DNA of 63,379 nucleotides, the filler included, from Dugesia japonica (Eukaryota): the NCBI GenBank assembly GCA_001938525.1. It is 6 parts of 6 records of this genome, joined end to end, with 100 filler letters (N's around TTAATTAATTAA, not from the genome) between each part and the next. Parts side by side here need not be neighbours in the genome. Positions count along the whole stretch, not along the records: positions 1 to 11,894 come from MQRL01614215.1; positions 11,995 to 21,440 come from MQRL01628283.1; 4 more parts are not named here. One strand, written 5' to 3'. A program made the translations under genes and the position numbers. Below are positions 1 through 11,999 of this stretch, in pieces. The notes beneath the pieces were generated by a model. That model was not told where the DNA came from. It did not search any database and worked only from the letters and a program-made list of their open reading frames with translations. Positions within the stretch are counted from its first letter, which is position 1. Each line of letters starts with the position of its first letter.

Positions 1-620
1 TTTTTTTTATCAAACTGAATTTAATAATTGATATGATCAATACTTGAAGTGATAATTCAAATAAATAAAAAATCAATAAAATAGAAAGAAATTCTATAAG
101 CCTTCTATAGCAATTAATTTTTGGCATATAGTTACATTATCATGATTTCTCATGATCAATATAAATTCAAGAAATAATCTTATTCACATAAATAAAATTT
201 TGTATTATTTATTTTAAATATATTTCTGCAAAAAACCTGTAATTTTGCTGAATTATTGTTTAAATGAAAAAAATGTTTTATTTGAGACAAAAATAATTAG
301 AATCTATTTTGATTATATATTTTAATTCTAAAATCATTATTTAAATCTCCGAGGTCTTGGAAATAAGATATAAGTCATTAGGAAATTAGAAGGGAGTTTT
401 TTGAAAGTATTTTCATTTTTGAAATGAATATTCATTAATAATTTTCCAGATAGATTGAAAGATTTAGTAAAACTATGACTATTATTTATTTTTCAAGATT
501 AATAAAACAAAAAATAGATTCATCAAAAATATATTCTCAAATGATCAAATGACAAAACCAGGCCTAATAAAACGATACTTTACTAAAATTGCCTAAAGCT
601 ATATTCGATGTCAATATTTA

Positions 621-1390
621 AAAAGAGTACAATGAAAACGAAAAAAATTATTTTTCATAAATAAATCGATTATGTGACATTAATCATTATCGAAAATCTA
701 TTTTTTTGTTTTAGGTTTTTATTAACAAATCTTTTTTCAATTTTTAATTTTATTTAATTACGATCTTTAGAATTACAAATTTCAGAATCAAGTTTCAAGG
801 TTTTTCTTTAGATTGTCAACTAAGTTCCCGCCATTTAATTAATTTTAATTTTTTGAAAGTTTTAATAAGATTCAAATAAAAAAAAGTTGTCTAAAATGCT
901 CATTTTTGTTAACTTGACATTCCATTTTAATGATCTAAAAATAAACAGAAATTAACTTAAATTAACTCGAAAAAAACAAAATAGATTACAAAATGATTCC
1001 AAAAAGAATTCTCGAAAAAAACATATTTCCAAATTTATAAAACAGCGGGAACTTAGTTGCCAACCCAATATTATCGGTATCAAATAGTAAAGAGAACCAT
1101 GGATCTAAATAATCATTAAAATTAAGTTCATTTACACTACCTACAAATACTCGATTTTATTTTTTATATATACTCAAACATGTTTCTGTGTGGTGGATAG
1201 GGACCGCATAAAAAATTGCATACAAAATAGTTTTCGCAACATAATGAAAATTTTTTTTTTGATAAATTCCTCAATAACTTTCAATTTGATTGAAATTTTC
1301 ATAAACCGCACAAAATAAATCGCAAAAAAAGATTAATGTCACAATCGATTTTTGAAAAATAATTTTTTTCGTTTTCATTGTACTTTTTTT
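621..1390. mobile_element. MITE-like element bounded by ~65-bp terminal inverted repeats
   Basis: 621-685 (AAAAGAGTACAATGAAAACGAAAAAAATTATTTTTC...ATCGATTATGTGACATTAATC) is the near reverse complement of 1331-1390; no coding capacity between the arms. Confidence 0.6.
807..1070. mobile_element. Internally deleted mariner-type element (MITE) nested in the 621-1390 element
   Basis: TTGTCAACTAAGTTCCCGC at ~813-831 and its inverse GCGGGAACTTAGTTGCCAACCCAATA at ~1045-1070; the right end reads TATTGGGTTGGCAACTAAG, a mariner-like TIR. Confidence 0.6.
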
Positions 1391-1999
1391 GATCTGTGAA
1401 TATTTTTGTTTAGAATTATGAAGTGTGTAGATATACCAACATCAGCAAACTATCACCCTTTGGTCACCAAAGGACCTATTTAATAATTTCAAGTGACTCA
1501 TTTGAGTTCCGCAAATAAAGTATAATATAAAAATATAAATTATGAAACAAGCACTTTAGGAAAATATAAAAATACATAGATTAGCCTTGCAGTTATTTGA
1601 GCAAAAGATTAATTAAAAATTAATTATTAATACTTAATTTTTAAATATTGAAATTCTAAATTTCCTAACTTTATTCTATGAAATTAATTTAATTATTTAT
1701 TAAACTATTTTCGTTAACAACTTCGGTCGAACTATCAAAAAATTTAACTGTCTCAAACCATACTTACAATATTTATTATGAAATTATATTTATTTCCAGT
1801 TAATTTAAAAATAAAAGATAATTCACAGATTTTCAAAACAATACCAATTTTTTAATAGCTACTTTGCTGCTGTTAGTTCATAATAATATTTTCAAAGTGA
1901 TGCATTTTTTTAAAATTAATCACTTGCATTTAATCGATTTCTGGCTTTTATTTTTAAATGGGACAGTGATAAGATAATAAGAGGTTGCAAATAGTAAAT

Positions 2000-4883
2000 G
2001 TATCTGCGATGCTGCTTTTTTCAACTGTTCCAAATTAAATTTTTCAAACTCCTATTGCCTATAGCTTTCATTGAAAATTAAAAATCTTCTTTTGAATTTT
2101 AAATAATGCTTTCTCGGACCCCTCTGTTAAGAACTACTGTTTAAGAGAAAGAAGACCTGTTATATTCTGAATTGTTCTGTATTTGCCTCAAAATTATGCA
2201 GACTGATAAAAATACAGAAACGTCAAACCTTCTCATACATATATTTATACAATCAGTTTCAGTTAACATTTCCCATTACTTAGTACAATATCAAACTAAA
2301 ACTTTGGATGAGCTAGACAAACTAACTGATTGTCACTTTGAAATAGAGTCCGATTCTATCAACTCTATCATCGAAAATCACGAAGAAGAGAATTCAACTT
2401 GTTCAAGCAGTTATTCAAGATCTCAATTTCATTAAAGGAAGATAGAATCATAACAATAAAATTTTAAGAGAGTTTTGTATTTTTCATCGAAAATTCGTAA
2501 AACACGCTGTAAAATGCCAATAACCATGCTCTTGGTTAACCATGCTCTTGGTTAAAAGTTACTCTGGAAAAGCCAACTTATCAAAGTAAAGCAACAGCTG
2601 AGATTCAAATCAAATCAAATTCGTTGAAATCTATTTAGTCAATATTCACGATTCCAGTTTTGTCAGAAAAACTAAAATTCTTGGTCGACTCTGGTCTGAC
2701 ATTAGTATTGTTTCTATACAACTATTTCAGCCAGATATTATAAAAAGCAGACATATGACCAATTCCAGAATGAGCAGAACTTTGAACAAAGTTAAAAGTT
2801 GTTTATTTTTTTCTACTTTAGATTTTAAGAAGGCGTATCATCAAATCCCAATCAACAAAGAGGACAGATATAAAATCGCTATTATAATTCAATAGAGATT
2901 ATTTGAATATAAATAGATTTCATTTTGACTAAAAAATATTTCACAAATATTTCAACGACACAAGGAGAAATGTTTGCAAGACTGTCGCACATACACTCCG
3001 GTATATATTGATGACAGTTTAATTCATTCAAAGAGCCCAGACGAGCATCAGACGCGTCTATATATAATAAAGGGAGTTCATCTTACAATCAAGCTGTAGA
3101 TTAACACAGAAAAAGGCCACTTCAACAAATCCTAGGTAGAATTTATTGGTTTTTTAATCTCTTTAAAATTTATAAAGCTAATACAAGATTGAAGCCATTA
3201 GCAATATGCATATTCCAAAACATTTAAATTGTTAAGACGGTTTATTTATACAATAAGATTTTATCAAAAGATGATTCCTAACTTATCAAAAACGATGTCT
3301 CCATTACATTATGTCACCAAACTCAAGGAAAAAAAAGCGCTTCAATGATTATCAACTTACAAATAAGCATTTAAAATTGCTATAAAGAAACTTATCAAGA
3401 TTATTGATATGGTAACAACAAACTATCTAAATACATTTGTNTGTATACCAATGCATCTAGTACGGCAATTAACGGCAGGTTAAACAGATGTTTAAGTCTT
3501 ATTTCATTTTTCACAAGAAAATTAAACTCTGAAGAACGAAAATATTCAAAATTCGACAGAGAACGTCTGGTATTGGTTCTCTCCGTCAAATATTTCAATC
3601 ACTACATAGCAAAAATTCATTGATCAAACAGATTATAGGCCATTACTTCATATAATACAGATGAAAAATCAATCTGCAAGACAATGGAGATGGACAGCGT
3701 TTATAAGCCAATTTGATATACAAATTCAAAGATTCTGACAACATGGTTGATGACTTTCTGTCCAGGAAAGATACAGACGACAAAAAATTAAAAGAAACTG
3801 AATATATTTCACTCTAAGACCTAGTCAAAAGCCAGAAGGACGATCAATCCCTCAAAGATATACAAAGTCACTCTCTGAAACTGAAAATAAGAAAGGAATG
3901 TGTTCTGATTGACACTCCAAAGAGCAATACAAAAATTGTTCCAACGAAATATTTTCACTTCAATGAATTCAACAGACGTCATAATCTGTGTCATCAAAGA
4001 TCAAATGTAACAATTAGATTAATGACAAGTTGCTATGTTTGACTAGGTGGAATGGTGTAGATTTTATCAAATCTGTCAAGCCAATAAAATTAATCAGCAC
4101 ACAAAATCGCCGTTATGATCGATTCCGAATCTGAGAAAATCCAAAGAGTTGCATATAAATTTGGTTGTTCTTTTACAAACCATTAAAAACAAAATGTTTA
4201 TACTAACAATGATTTATTGTGATATTTCATGAACAGAAGTAGTGGCTCTTAATTAAATTACAAAGCCGTTACTAATGAATGGATATCTTGCTTTGGAGTA
4301 TTAGAAATAATGGTAAATGGCAATAGTAGACAATTTATGCCTGAAGAATTTAACGATTTCCTTAAATTTTTGTACTTGAAAATAGGCATACAACACCATA
4401 TCACCCTTAGTTGCGGTGAAAAAAGAGAAAGATACCCTAAGTCTCTAAAAAATGCTCTACGAGATCCGGAAATTAATTTGGAACGCAGTTGGTTAGAAAA
4501 TATTTCAACTCTGAGAAAGCTTCAGAGCTATCACCGTCCCAAACAATTTTCGGAACTACTAACCGTTTATCAGGAGATATTTTTCTATAATCATGATGAC
4601 GTACAAAGGTTCCAACAGAATTTTAAAACAGCTGTCTCAGATCGCATTGAATCTCAAAAATATAAATGCCAATAGAAATTGACAAATGTCAATTTTTATG
4701 GATCAAACGCGAATTAAGAAAGCCGCCAAATCCAATTTATGAAAATCTATATCTCGTAACACAAAGAAATGAGGATGGTAAAGCTATTGAAGTAATCCNG
4801 TGAGGACAAGCAGATCGAATTTCTATTAACAAAATTCATCCTGTCTTTATATTAAACGTTCCTCCATCCGGTGGGGGGAGTAA
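2000..4883 (+). mobile_element. Degraded Ty3/Gypsy pol (RT, RNase H, integrase) with polypurine tract
   Basis: FSTLDFKKAYHQIPINKEDRYK (~2810-2880), VYIDDSLIHS (3001-3030), RNase H FTRKLNSEERKYSKFDRE (~3510-3565), integrase remnant (~3980-4675), PPT GGGGGGAG 4873-4880 then TGTAAT at 4884; many stops and frameshifts. The 5' boundary is approximate. Confidence 0.85.
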
Positions 4884-5026
4884 TGTAATATTACGCTCAG
4901 CAAATTATTAATAAAATATGTTAAACATTTNNNNNNNNNNNNNNNNNNNNNNNNNNNNNNNNNNNNNNNNNNNNNNNNNNNNNNNNNNNNNNNNNNNNNN
5001 NNNNNNNNNNNNGGATATTGACTACA
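4884..5026 (+). repeat. Probable 3' LTR of the preceding Gypsy (interrupted by an N gap)
   Basis: Starts TGT just after the PPT; possible end ...ACTACA at 5026. The end is uncertain. Confidence 0.45.
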
Positions 5027-5139
5027 ATAGTAAACGTTTCTTAAGTAAGTTTGTATATCCTTAGATACAACTGAGAATATATCAAATTATCATAATTCAA
5101 ATAAAATTATACTAATTTTACAAAAAAAATATTTCTTAC

Positions 5140-5513
5140 CTAACCCAGACTGCAAGTCTGTGACTACTTTTATCATCAACTCCTTGTGCTTGAATTACGT
5201 CCAATATAAGTGTATAACTGCGTCTCTTTTTTGCTAATAAAACTAGTCGCTCGGCTATTGTTTCGCTAATTGCCGAAGCAAGTCTTCTTTGATTAGGAAT
5301 AGATACAAAATTTAATTCTTGATCAGACATTGATCTTAATTTATCAATAGCTAGTCCAAGACTGCCATCATACTGACCGACTAATTGAACTATTTTCGTA
5401 AAACTGTGTGACAGTTGTTCTCCTTCAATTTGTAAACTTGCTGAAAGTTTTATAAAATCTATTACAGCTTTGACCATTTTTCGATTTTCAATAACTTCTG
5501 AATTTGCACTCAC
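5140..5513 (-). CDS. Internal coding exon of an unidentified host gene
   Basis: 374-nt stop-free reading frame bounded by acceptor ATTTTAG| (5514) and donor AG|GTAAGA (5139); VSANSEVIENRKMVKAVIDFIKLSASLQIEGEQL...; no TE motifs. Confidence 0.7.
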
Positions 5514-5538
5514 CTAAAATTAGATTTTATTTAATTAT

Positions 5539-6008
5539 TGTGAGGTCAATTCATGAATTTAAAATATCTGAGATTTTTTTAATTTTTATATAAAATATTA
5601 AAATTGGTTTTTTGAAACTTTTAAAATATAAACATGTTTTTTTAATCTACAAATTAATTGAATAAATTATAAATATTATATTATGCAAAATTATGAAATT
5701 ATAAAAATAATTTTGTAAACTTATGTTTAAAAATAATTGTAAAATAAAAGTATTTCAAAATTAAAATTATTTTATATTATGCAAAATTATAAAATTATAA
5801 AGATTATTTTGTAAAATTAGGTTAGATAAAATAAAAGTATTTTGGAATTAAAAAAATCAATATTTTTGAAAAATATTTTATTAAAATTTCTGAGATTATT
5901 TGTTTGAATATTGTGAATTGTACTTCATCATTTTTCATTTTAATAAAAGACTTGTTATAATCAATAAAAAATTTATGGATACTTGTGAAATTTTGAATTT
6001 AACTAATA
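5539..6008 (+). mobile_element. Solo LTR (family A) in the intron just upstream of the host exon
   Basis: Starts TGTGAGGTCAATTCATGAATTTAAAATATCTGAGA and ends GAATTTAACTAATA; matches the LTR at 32722-33115, which is followed by a PBS; flanks ATTAT/ATTAA are a near 5-bp TSD. Confidence 0.7.
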
Positions 6009-6301
6009 ATTAAAAAATTCATTTATAATATAATAATGTAATAAAAATTGTTTAAACATAACTACAAGATAAGATTTGTCAGAGCAAAGCATATTTATAT
6101 AATTGAATATATTACGTTATTAAGTATGAAATTTCAGATTTCGTGAAGTCCAAAGTTTAAAGTCGATATTTTTAAGATTTAAAAGTGGCAAATATTTGTT
6201 TTTATTTGACTGAATAGATACTTCATTACGCTTTTAAGCACACATTTTAATTTCCGATTATTTGATGAATTTTCTTTTTTAGATCAAATTTTCAGAAACA
6301 G

Positions 6302-6760
6302 ATGTCAAAAATTCATAATATTTTCGAATATGAGTTCCGTCGTGAACAAATGCAAAGAAAACAGTTCGAAATATATTCGAGATTTTTGGCAAGAATGTCG
6401 TCGAAGAATGATTGGTACTGCGATGGTTTCAGAAATTCCGTTCTGAAAATTTTTATCTCAAAAATAAGCCTCAGGCGAAGGTTAATGGTGATGATCTGAA
6501 AGCTTTAGTGAATGAGAATCTTTCTGAAAATACTATGGAAATAATGGCAAAGTTCAACGTTTTCATTTCAACAAAAACTGANAATTTCAAAATTGGCAAG
6601 GTCAAAAAGTTAGACTAATGGGTCTCGCATAAATTAAGTGACAAGCAGAAAAGGAATTGTCTCGAAGCTTATCTTTTTTTACTAGCACGACATTAAGGCG
6701 AACCATTTCTTCAACGTAACGTGACATGTGATAAAAAACGGATTTGTTTCGAAAATCGTA
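6302..6760 (+). mobile_element. Mariner transposase 5' remnant
   Basis: MSKIHNIFEYEFRR N-terminus, GKVKKLD*WVSHKL (WVPHEL motif), VTCDKKRICFEN (TCDEKW motif). Confidence 0.8.
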
Positions 6761-7690
6761 TGCGTTCATCTCAACAATGATGCCTACAACAACGATATAT
6801 AGAAAATGGCGACTTTTCACCGAAAATGAAGATGATTGCAGCCCTAGAGTTCGTTCCTCCACCAAATGTAGGTGCTGCATTTGAAGAGTTTTCTGATGAA
6901 CTTCCGGCTGAAGCACAACCAGTCGTCAATTATTTTGAAGACACCTACATTGGCAGACCACAGCGACGAGGACGTCGTCCACCTGTCTTTAAAGTTATCT
7001 TTGGAACATGTAAAAACGATGACAAGATGAACTTCCGAAAACAAACAACTCGGTTGAAGGATGGTACAGAAGTTTCCAGTCAAATGTTGGTTGTAATCAT
7101 CTAATTTTTGGAGTTTCCTCGACTGCATCAAACGTGAACAAGCCCTGTAGCAAGTACACTTGACACAAGCTCTTGGTGGCCACGCACCTCAACTTGGAAG
7201 AAAGACTTATTCAGATCTAAAGGCTCGAATCCTCACTATACAAGACGTTGGAAATCGTAAAAATTGGATTATTTACGTGGCATTGTCCATAATTTAGGGT
7301 TTGAAATAGATTTTTGCATGATTTCTTTTCTTTTATAAAAAATATAATAATTTAATACTAGAAAAAACAAACAACTTTTTCAGTAAAATTTTATTTTAAT
7401 TTTTCAATTTTTAGAAAGTTTTATTTTAATGAATAAGTCTTATAATATTTAAAATATTTTACTTTCCTAATTATTTCGTTAGGGGGAAATTGTCCTAGAC
7501 TCATTTATCTTATTAAAATTTGCTTAAAATTTTTTTCTCGGTTTTAATATCATAAATAATTATAACTTGGAATTGAAAAGAAATAATATAATTAAATAAT
7601 TTTCCGGGGGATATTGTCCGGGGGGAAATCGTCCTGGGGGATATTGTCCTGGGGGGATATTGTTCGGGAAATATTACCATAACCCCCCAA
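6761..7690 (+). mobile_element. MULE/Mutator transposase 3' remnant with G-rich subterminal repeats, interrupting the mariner
   Basis: MIAALEFVPP...VVNYFEDTYIGRPQRRGRRPPVF, then TNNSVEGW-like and DYLRGIVHNL motifs; GGGGGA(A/T)ATTGTCC repeated at 7481-7680. Confidence 0.75.
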
Positions 7691-7859
7691 AAAAACTTGT
7701 TACATAATCAATTCAATAAACTTAAATTAAAATTAATTTAAAAGTGAATGCGTGTCAATCTTAGTATCAAGAATCGGATTATGAGACACATCTCAAACCT
7801 TTGCACACAATTCTTTCAAATGAATTACCATAATCGCTGTTCCAAACTTTTCTATTTTT

Positions 7860-7995
7860 AGAGCCTGATCTAAAACCGAACTTTTTCTACTCAATTGCAA
7901 ATGCTCACCAACATGTGTGCGAAGATAACGTTTTACCTCTCCAAAGTGCGTGGCATCACATCCGTTACAACTAACTTCATAAACTACGTTAGCGA
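7860..7995 (-). mobile_element. Penelope-like element GIY-YIG endonuclease remnant
   Basis: Minus-strand translation ANVVYEVSCNGCDATHFGEVKRYLRTHVGEHLQ fits the PLE GIY-YIG pattern (VVY..C..C...YIG.T.R.L..R..EH). Confidence 0.8.
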
Positions 7996-8340
7996 GTTAA
8001 ACTTTTGGTGTAGTATATTTGATTCTTAAATAAATGAAGTTTTTTTTAAGTAAAAATTAATCTAAATTTATTACCATCAAAATATTTCATGAGTGAATAT
8101 TTCAATAATTTAGCTTTTTGTAGATTTATTTTATTTACATCATTTTTTTTTCAAAATGAGAATAGTAAAATTCAATATTAGAATGTTTTTATTATTCTAA
8201 CCATTAAAATTTATTATAAAAAAATTTATAAAATTAATCAAAAAGAATAAAATGTATCAAAGAGAATTTCTATTTTGATTTAAAACAATTATTTAAAAAG
8301 CTTCGATCAAAAATTGCTTTTTGTTTTTTTTTATAGATTT

Positions 8341-8377
8341 ATTCGATATTTCGACTTTGTCTTCGTGAGGAATTGAC
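8341..8377 (-). ncRNA. Degenerate minimal type I hammerhead ribozyme motif (PLE-type)
   Basis: Minus strand GTCAATTC-CTCACGA-A-GAC-AAA-GTC-GAAA-TATC-GAAT; core CUGANGA mutated to CUCACGA; same repeat as at 57494-57685. Confidence 0.55.
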
Positions 8378-8429
8378 TTTTTAACAATTAATTTAATACT
8401 AAATATTTTACATTGAATTCATTAATATT

Positions 8430-8845
8430 GCATATTTTCTAAGTTAAGATCTGCAGTGAATTTTCTTTGAATACTTGTGATGGAATTGGCACATATGGTT
8501 GGTGAAATTGTCTTCAGACCTTCTTTCATATGACTTTCTGTTTTTGATATTAATTTTGAAAGTTAAATTTTTCTTCAAATGCAAATGAGTTCCGTTAATG
8601 TAAAACAGCAGTTTCTTTCGATTATTTTTAACAAAATAATCTAATAGGAATTTCAGTAATTTTTGGAAATCTTTTCCCTCCTCGTTTGTCTAGGGTTTCT
8701 CCCTCTGATATCCAACGATATGCTGTTGATTGGGGAACCCTAAGCGTGCGTGCAAGTTCTCTTCAGTCTCCATTCATGTTTGACACGTCAAGTACTTGCT
8801 TTTTTAGATTCTTTCTAGTTTTTTAATATTCGTAGACATTGTTGT
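8430..8845 (-). mobile_element. Tc1/IS630-like transposase remnant (HTH region, internally deleted)
   Basis: RELARTLRVPQSTAYRWISEGETLDKRGGKRFPKITE on the minus strand. Confidence 0.55.
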
Positions 8846-9530
8846 AGCCTTTCAATTGTACTATTAAACTCACAATAACTTTAAATTAATTTTAAATGAT
8901 TTATTAAAAACACAAGGCTTAATTTTTTTATTTTAATATGATAATTTTAAAAATTACTGTTTTCATATTTATTTCATTAATTTATAAAATTTTCTCATAA
9001 GACGAATAAATTTTCAAGAAAATTAGTAAAGTTACTAAGTATATCTATTTATCAAATAGTTATTAGGTTTTTTTCTCATATTGAAGTTTGCTATTAGCAT
9101 TTTGAAGTTTATTATTCCACTTTGAAGTTTAATATTCTCATTTTAAAAATAAAATGGAATAAATCAAACCAATTTATATAATTGTTTATTTATATTTTAT
9201 TTTGCATTTAATGCAACGATTATTTAATCAATATAAATCCGATTTGTTGGGAATTTATAGCTTTATAATTGAAAATTTATTATTAACTGTTAGATGAGTT
9301 TTGAGAACTCGGATTACCAACATCAAAATTCAACTCCATCAAATTTATTTCAAAAAAAAACTATAACATCATTATTTATTTAATCAAACAAATTAAAACC
9401 TCATGCTCTGATTGAAAACCATTTTCTAATAGATTTAAAATTTCAGATTCATTCAAACGGGCTGCGTCTTTTTTATTTCTTCCTTCGTTTTTGTTGTCAA
9501 CACTTAAGCTTTCTGGCATGTTATACAGCT

Positions 9531-10640
9531 TCAGATAATCTCTTGTACTTTGCTCCAAAAATGTTTCGCGTTATATTTATGCTTCATATACGCTGCTACC
9601 TTTTCCGCTCCAGCATGACACAAAAGATGGTGTATCCTTATTATAACTTCTTCTACTTTATCATAAGGTATCCATGTCCCTTCATCATTTTCACAAAAAT
9701 TGCCTTGTTTTTCTTGAATATCTACTGTATTTAATATCCTTGTTTGTGATTTTCCACGTTTGGGATCTTTATGTGACATNNNNNNNNNNNNNNNNNNNNN
9801 NNNNNNNNNNNNNNNNNNNNNNNNNNNNNNNNNNNNNNNNNNNNNNTTTTTTATATTCTAATTTTATATCTAAACTGCTCAAATAATTAATCCAAATTTG
9901 AAACTGTGAATTGATCGGCTTCTTGGTATTTAGCATAAAAGTGATGGCTTTATGATATGTTCTGATGATAAATCTCTTCCCATATAAGTAATGTTTTAAA
10001 TTAATACAAAAGTAGTATATTGCAAGCAATTCTTTCCGCGTAGTACAATACCCTTTCTCATGACTCGTCATTGCGTGGGACCCATATGCAATTACTCTTT
10101 CTTGTCCATTGTTGTCTTTTTAAGATAGTAATACCCCAATTGTATCGAAACTCGCATCCATGTCCAAAATAAATCCTCTATTTATATCTGGAAAACATAA
10201 TATTGGAGACATCATTAGTGCTTCTTTCATTCCATTAAAAACTTCTTCTAATTCATTCGCCCATTCAATTTTCTCGTTACTTGACCCACTACACATTTGT
10301 TCCAGCAATCTAGCTTTTTTCGAATAATCTTTAATAAACTTGCGATAGTAATTGCAAATTCCTCAAATGTTTCTCATCTTCTTAACGTATTTTAGTTTAC
10401 CAAAGTTCTTAATTGCTTCTATTTTTGTTGGATCTGTTTGGACACCTTCTTTACTGATAANNNNNNNNNNNNNNNNNNNNNNNNNNNNNNNNNNNNNNNN
10501 NNNNNNNNNNNNNNNNNNNNNNNNNNNNNNNNNNNNNNNNNNNNNNNNNNNNNNNNNNTATTTCATAGTGTTGCTCCTTTGTTTCGGTAAATATGAGAAT
10601 ATCATCTAGATAAACCATCGCTCCTTTTATTTTTTCGATT
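9531..10640 (-). mobile_element. Ty3/Gypsy pol fragment (RT end, RNase H, integrase zinc-finger start)
   Basis: VYLDDILIF (~10590-10617), FILDMDASFDTIG, YCTTRKELLAI, IHHLLCHAG. Confidence 0.9.
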
Positions 10641-10759
10641 ACTTTTTTTATCGCAATCTCTCTCGATATCCATCAGCTTTCTTCAATGTCTTCAATGTCT
10701 GTGATTGCATCGGTGTTTAATAGATTTAAAATTTCAGATTCATTCAAAAATAATTTGAA

Positions 10760-10910
10760 GATTTTTAAAAAATAATTTCCGTTGCAAAATTTTAATTATA
10801 ATTCAAACACTTTTTTTTAATATTTTTAAAAAATAATTTCAATTGCAAAATTTTAATTCAAACGCTTTAAGATTTTTTAAAAAATAATTTTAGTTGCAAA
10901 ATTTTAGGTC
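10760..10910. repeat. Three imperfect ~55-bp tandem copies (TTTTTAAAAAATAATTT...TTGCAAAATTTTA)
   Basis: Motif recurs near 10762, 10823 and 10874. Confidence 0.6.
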
Positions 10911-11448
10911 AAACTTCCATTCACAATAATTATTTTAACTTTTTAATTAATTTGTGATTTTTTATATTTTTTTAAAAGATTTCAAAAAAAACAGTTTCCA
11001 ATCAAAGCACAAAAATTTCAACTCGCTTCTAAACTACTCACATTAACAAAAAACAAATATTGAAAATTTGGATTAAGAAAAGTTAAGAAATTTATTCTGA
11101 TTTTCAGTGAAATACTACATTTCCTTTTGCTTGAACTGTCAGTTCCTTTCTCAATTGACAATATTAGCCATTATGCATAAAAAATTTATAATCCCATCAA
11201 TTTTTCTGATTAGTTCAATGTTTTCCAACTACTTGATAGCTTAACGATTTNTGTTGATTATTTACAAATAATCTGTAGTTTTCTGAAGGAATACAAATTT
11301 CTACCACGATTCCTTAATTTATTTTTAATTATTTAGTTTGTTTAAGATATTCTTAACATATCCAGTTTTCTTTTCATTTGTTTTCAACTCAATCTACAAA
11401 TATTTTCCTATTTTTTGACAGTGATTAAGCCTTTCGTATAAATTCTGA

Positions 11449-11817
11449 CAGTAGTTCCCAAACTTTTTAAAATTTTCCACTGGTAGGTCCCTTAACAGAA
11501 AATGTCACACCACGGTCCCAAAGCTTCAGGAGGGGTATACATAAGTTAATGTTTAAATTTTTAATACGGATACATTTTTAAAATGTTTCATTTATAAATT
11601 TATATCTAATTAAATAAACTGTATGATTTGCACATAATACCATCTTAAAGCTCAGAGATTTCCGAATAATCAAAGTTTAACTTCAGCAGCTAAGATTTTT
11701 TATTGTCCACCAAAGTTTTATGACGCAAACCATATGTAAGTAACTCACTTTTTTAAAGCACAATCTCTCTTGCGGTCCCCAAAAACACTTACGCGGTCCC
11801 TAGTTTAGGAACCACTG
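11449..11817. mobile_element. hAT (Charlie/Buster-like) MITE
   Basis: TIRs CAGTAGTTCCCAAACT and AGTTTAGGAACCACTG; the right flank TTCTATAA fits a Charlie-type target but the left flank does not match it. Confidence 0.7.
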
Positions 11818-11894
11818 TTCTATAACATTGTATCAGCATTAAAAAATTAAGACTTTTAGCCATCTTATATTCAGTATAATTGCGTGCATCTTTG

Positions 11895-11994
11895 NNNNNN
11901 NNNNNNNNNNNNNNNNNNNNNNNNNNNNNNNNNNNNNNTTAATTAATTAANNNNNNNNNNNNNNNNNNNNNNNNNNNNNNNNNNNNNNNNNNNN
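11895..11994. other. Artificial scaffold linker (44 N + TTAATTAATTAA + 44 N)
   Basis: Identical 100-bp spacer occurs five times; the 12-mer has stops in all six frames. Confidence 0.97.
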
Positions 11995-11999
11995 AACAG

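Noticed and set aside
11939-11950. Palindrome TTAATTAATTAA repeated five times as a possible regulatory site
   Set aside because: Always centred in exactly 44 N + 44 N, so it is synthetic.
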